Source of the DNA: Candidatus Aminicenantes bacterium
Lineage (GTDB): Bacteria > Acidobacteriota > Aminicenantia > Aminicenantales > Aminicenantaceae
Length of the DNA stretch: 38,731 nt
Assembly (NCBI GenBank): GCA_030627155.1
Contig: DAOUSP010000001.1
Span: 1 to 38,731, forward strand
Reading direction: 5' to 3'
The notes below the pieces were generated by a model. It was not told where the DNA came from. It did not search any database and saw only the letters and a program-made list of their open reading frames with translations. A program made the translations under genes and the position numbers. How positions within the stretch are numbered: position 1 is the first letter of the stretch; each line of letters opens with the position of its first letter. Of the stretch, positions 8,844 through 17,808 are shown in pieces.

Positions 8844-10163
8844 ATGAAAGCTAAAGAATTTATTATTTTAATCTTAATTATTATAGCGGGCATCACATTT
8901 TATTATGCACAAACCGGAAAAATTGACATTGATTGGTGTATTGATGACCATTTTTTCTTTTCTTTTCAGGGATTCGATTTTGAAGAATCCCAGAAAATAG
9001 ACCCTCCCTTTCCTCCAGAAATTCAAGTTATTAATGCCCACGGTAATATAGAGATTCATGGAACAGAGGAACAACAGATAACAATTTCCCTTCAAAAGAA
9101 AATCTGGCGTAAAAACGAAGAAGAAGCACAAAAAGTCTCTGAGGCCCTGCATCTGGTCTTCAACCAGAATGACCATCAGCTAACAGTTTCATCCAATCGG
9201 GAGGAGTTCCGAAGAAAAAAATTCGAAACGAGCTTCATAATCTACATTCCTCAAGGCATAAATGTAAAAGTAAAAAATTCCTATGGACTGGTGAAAGTCC
9301 AAAATACAGGTAGCACTGAAATCATCAATCCTCACGGAAAAATAATTGCAAAAGATATAACTGGCGGCATCATCATAAAAAACAGACATGAAGATATCGA
9401 AATCAAAAACATTCTCTCTGACTGCCAAATAGAAAGCTCTCATTCGGATATCACTGGAAGCAATATCCAAGGCAATGTTCATATCAGCCATGCTTACGGA
9501 AAAATCCATCTGGAAGATATATCAAAGGGAGTCACCCTTGAAGGCTCTCATACTCAAATTCTTGGAGACAATCTGGCCGGCCCCTTAAACATTGAATCAT
9601 CTTATGAAAAAATAGTTCTTACTGACATAGGCCCAACTAAAATCAGCTGCAGGCATGGAGATATCGAAATTACTGGCGGAAAAGGCGGTCTTGATATCAT
9701 GGACAAATATGGAAAGGTCAAATTGGATGACATTGAAGGAGATCTTTCTATAGAAGGAAAAAATCTTCAGATTTATGGAAAGAACATAACAGGAAAAACC
9801 ATCACTGTTTCATCTTCATATAAAGATGTAAAACTCATTAATTTCTCAGGCAATACAACAATTTTCCTTTCTCATGGAAACTTCTATCTTGAACCCTATC
9901 CCCTAACCCATCCTATAAAAGTAAAAGGACAGTATGCAGATATCAATTTTTATTGGCCCTCAGGTCAAAAATACCCTCTCGAGGCCCGGGTAAAAGGTGG
10001 AGAGATTAAATGGGAGCTGCCCGAAGAACTTTCATTTGAGGAAACAAACAATCTCTCTATCATCAAAGCATTTACTGATGAAAAAGATCAGCATCCTATT
10101 TTTCTTTCAACAACTTATGGCACAATTCGGATTAAATCAGCCAGAGATAACGTCAATAAATAA
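8844..10163 (+). CDS. Membrane-anchored beta-helix repeat protein (DUF4097 'putative adhesin' / LiaG-like)
   Basis: 439 aa with an N-terminal TM (FIILILIIIAGITFYYA). About 13 tandem units of 19-20 aa follow, of the form xYGxIxLxDIxG (SYGLVKVQN, PHGKIIAKDITG, RHEDIEIKN, AYGKIHLEDIS, RHGDIEITGG, KYGKVKLDDIEG, and others). The start is 2 nt after the previous stop. Confidence 0.65.
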   Translation: MKAKEFIILILIIIAGITFYYAQTGKIDIDWCIDDHFFFSFQGFDFEESQKIDPPFPPEIQVINAHGNIEIHGTEEQQITISLQKKIWRKNEEEAQKVSEALHLVFNQNDHQLTVSSNREEFRRKKFETSFIIYIPQGINVKVKNSYGLVKVQNTGSTEIINPHGKIIAKDITGGIIIKNRHEDIEIKNILSDCQIESSHSDITGSNIQGNVHISHAYGKIHLEDISKGVTLEGSHTQILGDNLAGPLNIESSYEKIVLTDIGPTKISCRHGDIEITGGKGGLDIMDKYGKVKLDDIEGDLSIEGKNLQIYGKNITGKTITVSSSYKDVKLINFSGNTTIFLSHGNFYLEPYPLTHPIKVKGQYADINFYWPSGQKYPLEARVKGGEIKWELPEELSFEETNNLSIIKAFTDEKDQHPIFLSTTYGTIRIKSARDNVNK

Positions 10164-10221
10164 AAAAAGGGAATTTGGGAAGAGACTCAATCTAATTAAA
10201 AAACATACTTGAAAGAGTGAC

Positions 10222-11121
10222 CTATTGATTATTTCTTTTAAAATTGTAAATCTTTTGGGTTAAACAGCCATTAATTTTAATATTGAAATAAGAAATAAAG
10301 TTGGAAAGGTCTTTCTTGTATTTTGTTACATAGCGGACAAAATCAATTTCCTTGTTGAAATGCAAAATATTCTCAAATTCAGATACTTCATCATTGAGTT
10401 CGATAAAATAATGATTAATTGTTCTGTACTGGGCATTTATCTCGATTAAATCCTCACCTGATAATTTCGAAAAATCCATATATGGGGGAAGCGACTGCAG
10501 GATAATAGAACTTTCGGCCTGAAGTTCCGTCACATACTCTTTTATCTCCTGGAAAAACGCCTTGTATTCCATAGGTTTTTTCAGTTTTTCTTGTGCTTTA
10601 TCTATCACCATTTCATATTGTGTTTTCAAAGAGGCAATGAATTCCTTGATTCCCATGTATTTTCTTTTGAAATGGAAGAGGTCGATAAAATCTCTTCCGA
10701 TATAGATTTTATCATTGTAATTGGTAAGCAATTCTCTGGGGCTGTGTGTATAAAACTTTATTTCGTATCGTCTTCCCCCAGAATCTCTTTCCCTCAATCG
10801 GGCTAAAACAACATAATTATTTTGCTCAATATAGTAACTATTGACATCTAAAAGAACAGAATATACCGCAAGATTCTGAATTATACATTCCTTGAGATAA
10901 TCCAGCACATTTTCTTTTTTTTGGATAAAGTCATTGATGTCTTCATTAGGTGTGGGGTTAATTATAGAATAGGATGGAGAAAGAAGAAAGAGAACCGGCC
11001 CCGCCCCTAATTCCAGGTGGAGATTTTTCAAAACTTTCTGATGTAAATCATCCAGAAGTATAGACTTTAATGCCGGAAGATTCTCGGCCTCAATTTTTTT
11101 CAGTTCTTCAACTTCGTTCAT
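10222..11121 (-). CDS. Hypothetical cytoplasmic protein; no family recognised
   Basis: A 299-aa uninterrupted ORF in very AT-rich DNA, with no signal or TM segment. It converges on the ECF operon. Confidence 0.55.
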   Translation of the reverse strand: MNEVEELKKIEAENLPALKSILLDDLHQKVLKNLHLELGAGPVLFLLSPSYSIINPTPNEDINDFIQKKENVLDYLKECIIQNLAVYSVLLDVNSYYIEQNNYVVLARLRERDSGGRRYEIKFYTHSPRELLTNYNDKIYIGRDFIDLFHFKRKYMGIKEFIASLKTQYEMVIDKAQEKLKKPMEYKAFFQEIKEYVTELQAESSIILQSLPPYMDFSKLSGEDLIEINAQYRTINHYFIELNDEVSEFENILHFNKEIDFVRYVTKYKKDLSNFISYFNIKINGCLTQKIYNFKRNNQ

Positions 11122-11202
11122 TTTTCAAAAATACCTTGTATTAGAAAAAATACTATCACGGAAAAATCAAAAAATCAATATAATGTTGGGTCTGAACATA
11201 AC

Positions 11203-12003
11203 TCATTCTCTCAGGAAAATCCATTCGGGGTTGTCATGCCTTTCCTTCAGAATTTTTTGGATCTCTTTACGCTCTTCCTCTGTAAATATTTTTGGTCTTA
11301 GTATGACTCCAAAATAATCTGACATCCCTTCAGTCAAGCATGCAACAACTTCATCAAAACCGACATCTCTTCCAAGTGCTTCTGAGAGGGACATCATGCG
11401 TATATTGTTACTATCAGGAGCCATGAAAGACACAGATTTCAGTATTTCCTCATTATTTTTCACTGGTATCGACCCATGTTGCAGAAACCTTTTTCCCATT
11501 CTTTTTTGAGCACTTCCAATGATTTTTTTTCCATTGATTTCTATCTCATTACGGGCAGGAAATGAAAAACAAGGAAGCGTTCCTCTTACATAAGAAGAAG
11601 GGGGAGTCTCTGCAAGATAAGGATGAAGCTCCATTTTCTCCAACCCGCACATCAGTGCCTCAGATATCATTTTGTAAGACTCCTGAAGTGTTGCTGTAAA
11701 CACCCTCTCATCTGACGAACATACAGAATATGTAACTTCTTCATGGTGAAGGACTAATTTCCCTCCAGTCAGCCGTCTGACAATATCAATGCCATTCGCA
11801 TTGCAAAACTCCACATCCACAACTTTGTGCAAACTCTGTGAATATCCAAGAGAAACCGTAGGCTTTTCCCACGCATAAAACCGCACATATGTGACTGGAT
11901 CGTCTCCAAGGGAATGAAATAGAAAGTCGTCCACAGCCATATTCCAGGAGCCTTTCAAGGGAATTGAATCAGTGATAAGATTCCATTCTTTGTTCTTTTG
12001 CAT
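11203..12003 (-). CDS. Lipoate-protein ligase / octanoyltransferase family protein (BPL_LplA_LipB domain)
   Basis: VRFYAWEKPTVSLGYSQ, RRLTGGKLVLHHEEVTYSV and INGKKIIGSAQKR blocks are present. I place the start at the ATG at 12003; the track start at 12009 is TTG. Confidence 0.75.
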   Translation of the reverse strand: MQKNKEWNLITDSIPLKGSWNMAVDDFLFHSLGDDPVTYVRFYAWEKPTVSLGYSQSLHKVVDVEFCNANGIDIVRRLTGGKLVLHHEEVTYSVCSSDERVFTATLQESYKMISEALMCGLEKMELHPYLAETPPSSYVRGTLPCFSFPARNEIEINGKKIIGSAQKRMGKRFLQHGSIPVKNNEEILKSVSFMAPDSNNIRMMSLSEALGRDVGFDEVVACLTEGMSDYFGVILRPKIFTEEERKEIQKILKERHDNPEWIFLRE

Positions 12004-12105
12004 TAACAAAATACTAATCCTTTTTCATGTGATTTTCTAACGTGATTCATAATATCGGCTGGCATTCCTAAATGGAACATAGCCCATGAATATAATCAAA
12101 GATAG

Positions 12106-12177
12106 AGCGGACAACGGGATTCGAACCCGCGACCCCGAGCTTGGGAAGCTCGTACTCTACCGCTGAGTTATGTCCGC
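12106..12177 (-). tRNA. tRNA-Gly (anticodon CCC); CCA not encoded
   Basis: Reverse strand: GCGGACA TA ACTC AGCGGTA GAGT A CGAGC TTCCCAA GCTCG GGGTC GCGGG TTCGAAT CCCGT TGTCCGC T. This is a full cloverleaf with a 7-bp acceptor stem, a TTCGAAT T-loop and the anticodon loop TT-CCC-AA. Confidence 0.9.
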
Positions 12178-12203
12178 TCTATCTTCCAATCTATTGATTG
12201 CAA

Positions 12204-12383
12204 TTAAATTACGTCTTGCTTTTCTCTCTTGATTTCAGCCATTTTTCTACATCCGACTCCATTTATTCTAAATGTTTTCCAAGTTTTTCGCAATGTACTT
12301 TTTTCCCTGTTCCTTTTATAGAGTGTCTTCTTCTGTATCTTAAGCTTTTTGCTGAGCTCGTCTATGGTTAGGGTTTTATCCAT
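12204..12383 (-). pseudogene. Decayed excisionase/AlpA-type HTH gene
   Basis: Frame 1 gives MDKTLTIDELSKKLKIQKKTLYKR and then non-family sequence. The +1 frame continues GTGKKVHCEKLGKHLE*MESDVEKWLKSREK, which is the canonical C-terminus of this HTH family but is interrupted by TAA. The frame break lies near an A-run. Confidence 0.5.
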
Positions 12384-13037
12384 CTTCCCTTATCTTTATA
12401 TGTCTTCTTACTGACTCCAATAGGCCTGCCCGATAAGCTAAGTTCAGATACAGATATAAACCCGCAAGAGAAGTTACTTTCCTCTGAAGACTTAGCCTTC
12501 TCGAATCGCTTTTCGAGGAAATCAGACTGCTAAGTGGGGAGATAAATATCTGGATGAATTGATAGAAGTAAATAAAACAAAAGGCCAAGTTATAGATGCA
12601 TGTAAAATGAAGGACAATAGAATGAGAAAATTGGCCTATAAACTACTATTAGACTACTTTATAAAACAATAAAAATACTGAAAGAAAACTAACCAGTAAT
12701 TGTTGATTTAAATCTGTTTTAAGATAAAGGGATTTATGGAACATTTTTGTGTTTTTCCCTTTTTATTGTTGAAAATGTATATTTTTTTATTTATAATAAT
12801 CAGTCATTTGGTAAGTAGAAAAAGAATGGGATTAAGCAAAAAAATGAAAATTCAAACCTTTTTGAGGGTTAAGCTGGGAATAAGCTTTATTCTGCTCTCC
12901 AACAGGGAGTCCTTGATGGAGCAGAATGTGCAGAGTGAACGAATAATGAGAGATTATGTATACGAATTAATTTAATCGTTTTATTCTCTCTCTGACTGCA
13001 ATAAAAAATTATTATTTTTAATATTGGAGGTGAAATT

Positions 13038-14075
13038 ATGGAATATCGTCTCTTAGGGCGAACGGGAGTGAAAGTCTCTCCCATTTGTTTAGGAACGGAT
13101 TGTTTTGCTGACCCGCTACCGGAAAAGGAATGTGCTAAAATATTAAACAGGGCTGTTGAAGCCGGCATTAACCTTATTGACACTGGAGATTCATATGCAG
13201 AAGGTGAAGGCGAGCGTATCATCGGTCGGACGCTAAAGGAGAGCGGGATGCGCCATGCGGTATTGCTTGAGACGAAGTGTGACCATGGACGGCGCGTTCC
13301 TGGATTGACACTTGATGAATTCGTTCCAGAGGAGCTGCCAAATGAGCATGGTCCAACGCGTTTGAACATAATCCGAGCGTGTGAGGCGTCATTAAAGCGG
13401 TTTCAAACCGACTATATCGATATTTACCTGATGCATCGTCAAGATCTGGAGGTGCATATTGAAGAAACCCTGGGCGCATTGACTGATTTAGTTCGCCAGG
13501 GTAAGGTCCGATATGTTGGCTGCTCGACGCATCCGGCGTGGGCTGTAATGGAGGCCATCATGCTAAGTGAAATGAAAGGTTATGTGCGCTATTCGTTAGA
13601 ACAGCCGCCCTATAATCTTTTGGACCGACGCATCGAGAACGAATTGATTCCGATGGCACAGAAAACTGGTCTTGGAATCATCACCTGGTCTCCCCTGGCA
13701 ATGGGTGTTTTAGTCGGTGTTTATGAGAAAGAAAAAGATTTTCCTCCTGATTCGCGAGCTGCATTGCGTGGCGGATTTTATGCGGAGCGTGTGACGAATA
13801 AAGGTATCGAAGTAGGGAGTAAGTTTGTGAAATTGGCCAAAGAGGCCGGCATGACCCCGGCCCAGCTGGGGGTTCTGTGGTGCAAGGACCAGCCGGGCGT
13901 GACAGCTCCTTTGATTGGTCCTGAGAATCTGGAGCATCTTGAGGACCTGATCCCTGTCATGGGGATGACCCTGGACGATTCGTTGCGTGAAGCCTGTGAC
14001 AACCTAGTGCCTCCGGGGAGTGCTGTGGCTAATTTCCACAATACAGCCGGCTGGATGAAAGCACAGATTTTATAA
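13038..14075 (+). CDS. Aldo/keto reductase family oxidoreductase
   Basis: 345 aa with GGAGG upstream. MEYRLLGRTGVKVSPICLGT, INLIDTGDSYAEGEGERIIG, DYIDIYLMHRQD, GKVRYVGCST and WSPLAMGVL are all present. The DNA is visibly more GC-rich than its neighbours. Confidence 0.9.
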   Translation: MEYRLLGRTGVKVSPICLGTDCFADPLPEKECAKILNRAVEAGINLIDTGDSYAEGEGERIIGRTLKESGMRHAVLLETKCDHGRRVPGLTLDEFVPEELPNEHGPTRLNIIRACEASLKRFQTDYIDIYLMHRQDLEVHIEETLGALTDLVRQGKVRYVGCSTHPAWAVMEAIMLSEMKGYVRYSLEQPPYNLLDRRIENELIPMAQKTGLGIITWSPLAMGVLVGVYEKEKDFPPDSRAALRGGFYAERVTNKGIEVGSKFVKLAKEAGMTPAQLGVLWCKDQPGVTAPLIGPENLEHLEDLIPVMGMTLDDSLREACDNLVPPGSAVANFHNTAGWMKAQIL

Positions 14076-14302
14076 AGTGTGAGAAAGCGCACAATATTGA
14101 TCATGCCACCAAAGGATGTCTTTTTTAAAAAAATCTGGCATCTGGTGCATGACAATGGCATCAAACAGGTCATTCCAAAATTGATATCATAGACGTGAAA
14201 GACCAATGATGCAACCACAGAAAGTGGGATGTATAAAGTATACCCTAAATAAGAACCTAATGAATATATAGGAACACTGTTATATAAGGAGATATAACTA
14301 AA

Positions 14303-15196
14303 ATGAAAAAAGAAAAAAAATTAATCCCTCAAATTGATGGAGAGTGGTGGACTATTGCAGGCAACCCGGATCTTGGCCATTATAATACAGAAAAACAGCA
14401 ACCATTGGATTTTGGCATTTGGCAGGCAGCCGATAAAACCTGGCAGTTATGTTCTTGTATACGCAGGACCGGCTGTGGCGGGAGAGGCAGGTTGTTTTAT
14501 CGCTGGCAGGCAGATTTGCTAACAGATAAAAATTGGACTCCTAAGGGGATTTTCATGGAGGCAGATCCTAATTTCGGAGAAAGAATTGGAGGACTCCAGG
14601 CGCCATTTGTTCTTAATCACAGGAGTGAGTATTATATGTTTTATGGTGACTGGGTACATATTTGCATGGCCTGGAGCAGTGATGGAAAATCATTCGCCCG
14701 ACTTCTCAACCCTGATAATTTAAGCGGTCTCTTTACAGAAGGTCATCGCACAAGTACAAGGGATCCTATGGTTATGGCCTTTAGAAATAAATTTTATCTC
14801 TATTATACTGGAGTGCCGGAAGAAAAAGGAGCTATTTATTGTAGAACTTCAACTGATTTACATAACTGGGGAGATTCAGTAATTGTTTGCAGTGGTGGAA
14901 GTGGGGGCAGTGGACCTTCAGACGCTGAATGCCCATTTGTAATATATCTACCGGAAGAATATTCTTTTTATTTGTTCAGAGCAAATCCTTCAAAGCAAAA
15001 TGGCGAGTATGAAACATCTGTCTATTGTTCAAGCGATCCTCTAAATTTTGGAATTGATGATGATCAGTATAAGATTTGCACTTTGCCTGTAGAGGTTGCC
15101 AGAATTATTCAACATGACAGGCAATTTTACATTGCCGCGCTTAAACCTGATTATACGGGAATGAGAATGGCACGATTAAAATGGGTGCAGGCTTAA
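14303..15196 (+). CDS. Five-bladed beta-propeller glycoside-hydrolase-like protein (GH43/32-clan-like); no signal peptide
   Basis: 297 aa with AAGGAG upstream. The blocks RDPMVMAFRNKFYLYYTG and ECPFVIYLPEEYSFYLF are typical of this fold. The family assignment is tentative. Confidence 0.45.
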   Translation: MKKEKKLIPQIDGEWWTIAGNPDLGHYNTEKQQPLDFGIWQAADKTWQLCSCIRRTGCGGRGRLFYRWQADLLTDKNWTPKGIFMEADPNFGERIGGLQAPFVLNHRSEYYMFYGDWVHICMAWSSDGKSFARLLNPDNLSGLFTEGHRTSTRDPMVMAFRNKFYLYYTGVPEEKGAIYCRTSTDLHNWGDSVIVCSGGSGGSGPSDAECPFVIYLPEEYSFYLFRANPSKQNGEYETSVYCSSDPLNFGIDDDQYKICTLPVEVARIIQHDRQFYIAALKPDYTGMRMARLKWVQA

Positions 15197-15342
15197 GATT
15201 ACCAACGAAACTTTTATAAAAAAATTAATCAAAATTTTCAGAATCAATCCAGCATTGACGTATTTAAGGTTTTTACTTAAGTATACATTATTGCGAGGAA
15301 GCTCTAATCACAAACTATTTCAATAGCTTCTTCATCTCGTCA

Positions 15343-16302
15343 TCATAGCCCGTCATCTCCCACCGGATTAGAGACATAGGAATCATCTGTATTCAAATAA
15401 TCCTGAGTCGTAAAAATCTCCTCCTCTCTGAGGAATTTACTGGCGTGATCAAGTGATTCCCTGACACTCTTCTTGTATTCCTCCTGGGATGAAACCGGCT
15501 TGAGCGGGGGGAGATTTCGGTTTCTGTTTTCCTCTAATTTCAGAAACGTTATAACACGATTGTCTTCATGTGCCACGATGTCCCGACATTGCTCCCAAGT
15601 ATAAGGAAACAGATGAACATTCTTGAGCCACCAATTGTAATTCTCCTTTCCTACTCCGGCGGGGGCTGTCATCTTGTGCTTGTTCTCTTCAAGCCATTTA
15701 GCATAGTCTTCCACAGCTTCCTGAGCTTGCGTGGCATTTGCTGCCAAATCCGTATGATACTTGGCAAGCCAATTTGCAAGTTTATGGTACTCTTCACTCT
15801 CCTCCTTTGCACTCCAAATAGCCATGATTGCAAAATCTTTTGCGCCTTCGGTCAGATTTTGCTTGGCCCGTTCGTATATCTCAGGAATAGCCTTTAGCTG
15901 TTTCCTTAATTCATCAATCTTATCCTCCGGGAGAGGTAGACTTTCAGGAATCCGAAGAGTGATGTGAATTACAGGTCCTGCTCCTCCTTGGGAAGGAAGA
16001 TAAAAACAGGGGTCTCGGGACCAGGGCCGGAGAACTCGATGCTAAAATTCCAGTCCATTCATCTCTGCACGTACGAGATGATAATCGACTTGCTCGGATA
16101 CCGGCCAGGTGTTTATATCTATGGATGCAAGACGATCTTGAAATTTTTTGAGCCCGCGTTTCTGTTCTTCCATTGCAGCGGCTGTAAAATCGGGTACTCC
16201 GTCAACAACCGCAGGTTTTATGAAATCACGAAACTCCTCAAATAAACTAACAAGGTCGGAATAATCACCATTCGATTTTTTCAGTTTATATCTTTTTTCC
16301 AT
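15343..16302 (-). pseudogene. DUF885-family gene with one in-frame TAG and a missing C-terminal half
   Basis: ORFs 16042..16302 and 15343..15825 are in the same frame and are joined by open sequence (HRVLRPWSRDPCFY...EIYERAKQNLTEGAKDFAIM). The only interruption is the TAG at 16042-16044. The total is about 319 codons against a remembered family length of about 550, and no continuation exists below 15343 in any frame. Confidence 0.55.
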
Positions 16303-17387
16303 CCCATCTCCTTGAAGAACTCTTCCCGGGAAGGAAATAAAAATGTAAGTATATCATACAGCTCCTGGTCGAGTACTTTGAGGTTTTCCGGTTTCAGCGG
16401 CGTGCCTTTATAGGACCGGTGAGAGCGGACGCCGTAATATATATCAAGACCAAAGGCTAGATATTCATCAGGATAATCGTCGGCAGGCAATCCATCCTGT
16501 GGACGGTAAAAGCCCCGCTTGACAGCTTCTTGTGTAGCATGTTCAAGCCGCTTCTGGACACCCGGATATGCCTCCATGATGCCTCCTCTATGGATCAGAT
16601 GGGTAATTTCCTCAACAGAGGCATCACGACGCAAGTTTCTCGGTCCGCCAAGCCGCAAATAATCAGGGATAATCTCTTCGTCCTCAAGGTCTTGAGTCTG
16701 TAAGCCAAGGCTTCGACCATGCATGTAAAAACCAATCGAGGTGTTGCGCTCCTCGAAGGTCTTAAAAATTGTCATTACTACATTCTTTTGCCCAAGGTAT
16801 TCAGAGATTCTTCCTGATCCTTTTCTGTCCTTGGAAAGCAGGGCATTGGCGACCTTCGCCGCATATTCGACCTTTTCGGGATCTACCGTCTCCGTAGCGA
16901 AAAAGCGCATTGACCCAGCTTCTATTCGCTGGGTGAAAATATCCAGTGCATTTTCTTTTTTCGGCGTTTCTTCGAGCGCAATGATGATAAGAACCTGTTC
17001 CATGAACCCGTCCTCGTTGGTAGCGCGGACTTCAGCGTAATAATGGGCCGGGTATTTGGCGGGATGCTGCTTGAGTCTAATCTCAGCAGTTGCAGCATCG
17101 ATTTCGACGATTTTTGTTGCATCAAGCTGGCCTTCTTTTAGGTAATGTCTCGGGTCCCCTCCGGGCACGGGTGGCACAAGGCTCCAGGTGATTCTTTTGG
17201 GGTTCGGGAACACCAGTTCGATCTTTCCGATAACATCGCCTATTTTTGTTTCCTTTGTCACCAAAAAACGGTCGAACTCGTCGGTAAGAATAGGTTTCTG
17301 TGCGTAGCTCACACTACAGGACAGGGATGCAAACAAAAACGAAATCACTAAAAATGTTGCTTTGCTAAATGTGTTTTTTCTTCGCAT
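16281..17387 (-). CDS. Secreted hypothetical protein with an N-terminal Ig/cadherin-like region
   Basis: 368 aa with a signal peptide (MRRKNTFSKATFLVISFLFASLSCSVSYAQ). The N-terminal ~110 aa look like a cadherin-like beta-sandwich (AEVRATNEDGFMEQVLIIIALE). The C-terminal domain is unrecognised. Confidence 0.55.
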   Translation of the reverse strand: MRRKNTFSKATFLVISFLFASLSCSVSYAQKPILTDEFDRFLVTKETKIGDVIGKIELVFPNPKRITWSLVPPVPGGDPRHYLKEGQLDATKIVEIDAATAEIRLKQHPAKYPAHYYAEVRATNEDGFMEQVLIIIALEETPKKENALDIFTQRIEAGSMRFFATETVDPEKVEYAAKVANALLSKDRKGSGRISEYLGQKNVVMTIFKTFEERNTSIGFYMHGRSLGLQTQDLEDEEIIPDYLRLGGPRNLRRDASVEEITHLIHRGGIMEAYPGVQKRLEHATQEAVKRGFYRPQDGLPADDYPDEYLAFGLDIYYGVRSHRSYKGTPLKPENLKVLDQELYDILTFLFPSREEFFKEMGWKKDIN

Positions 17388-17613
17388 AATCTACCTCTCT
17401 TTAAAATATTTGTTTCCCAATGAGCGGATGGCATCTCCTTAAATGATGGGAAAGCTATTTACAAGATTATAATAGAGATTTTCACTCACAGCAATAATTA
17501 ATTTTCACATGAAAGTTTCTTACGATAATTTATTACTTTTCCATAAAGAATATGTTAACATAAATTATTATATAGAAAATAGCATTCTCATTGTTTGCGG
17601 GTGGGCTTGCACA

Positions 17614-17801
17614 TTATGAAACATGCATGTCGATATGAACCTGAGTCTTTTCAGGATCTTCATTTCCGTTCTGATCCCTGACAAAAATATTCCCAACATG
17701 TGTTTGGGATCGCAATCGGCAACAAACTGTCTGAGTTTCTCTTTGGTAGTTTCGGTAATAAATTTTCTGAGATCTTGTTCCGGTTTATTCCATAGCTCTG
17801 G
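17614..17801 (-). pseudogene. Fragment paralogous to the M24-like gene at 19748..21142
   Basis: The reverse strand reads ...GNIFVRDQNGNEDPEKTQVHIDMHVS*, compared with the intact gene's ...GFIYVNRQIYNKELDPEKTQVPLDLHAAG. The DNA stretch gatcctgaaaagactcaggttcatatcgacatgcatg matches gatcctgaaaagacccaggttcctctcgacttacatgc. There is no start codon and the frame breaks. Confidence 0.45.
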
Positions 17802-17808
17802 TTAAAAA

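Noticed and set aside
12736-12975. The 79-aa plus-strand ORF and the 10-bp-stem hairpin (ATTCTGCTCC...GGAGCAGAAT, about 12886-12932) upstream of the AKR gene.
   Set aside because: The ORF has no SD, and its translation is hydrophobic low-complexity sequence typical of AT-rich DNA. The hairpin is real but has no U-tract or recognisable riboswitch core, so I could assign no function.
13219-14218. Minus-strand ORFs 12887..13369, 13219..13479, 13710..13937 and 13778..14218.
   Set aside because: They are antisense shadows of the aldo-keto reductase gene, which has unambiguous family motifs on the plus strand.
16042-16044. The in-frame TAG in the DUF885-like gene as evidence of stop-codon reassignment or programmed readthrough.
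   Set aside because: TAG cleanly terminates well-supported genes in the same window (trmH at 4354-4356, the S15 peptidase at 17809-17811, uvrB at 35030-35032). The DUF885 gene is also truncated at its 3' end, so a plain nonsense mutation in a decaying gene is the simpler explanation.
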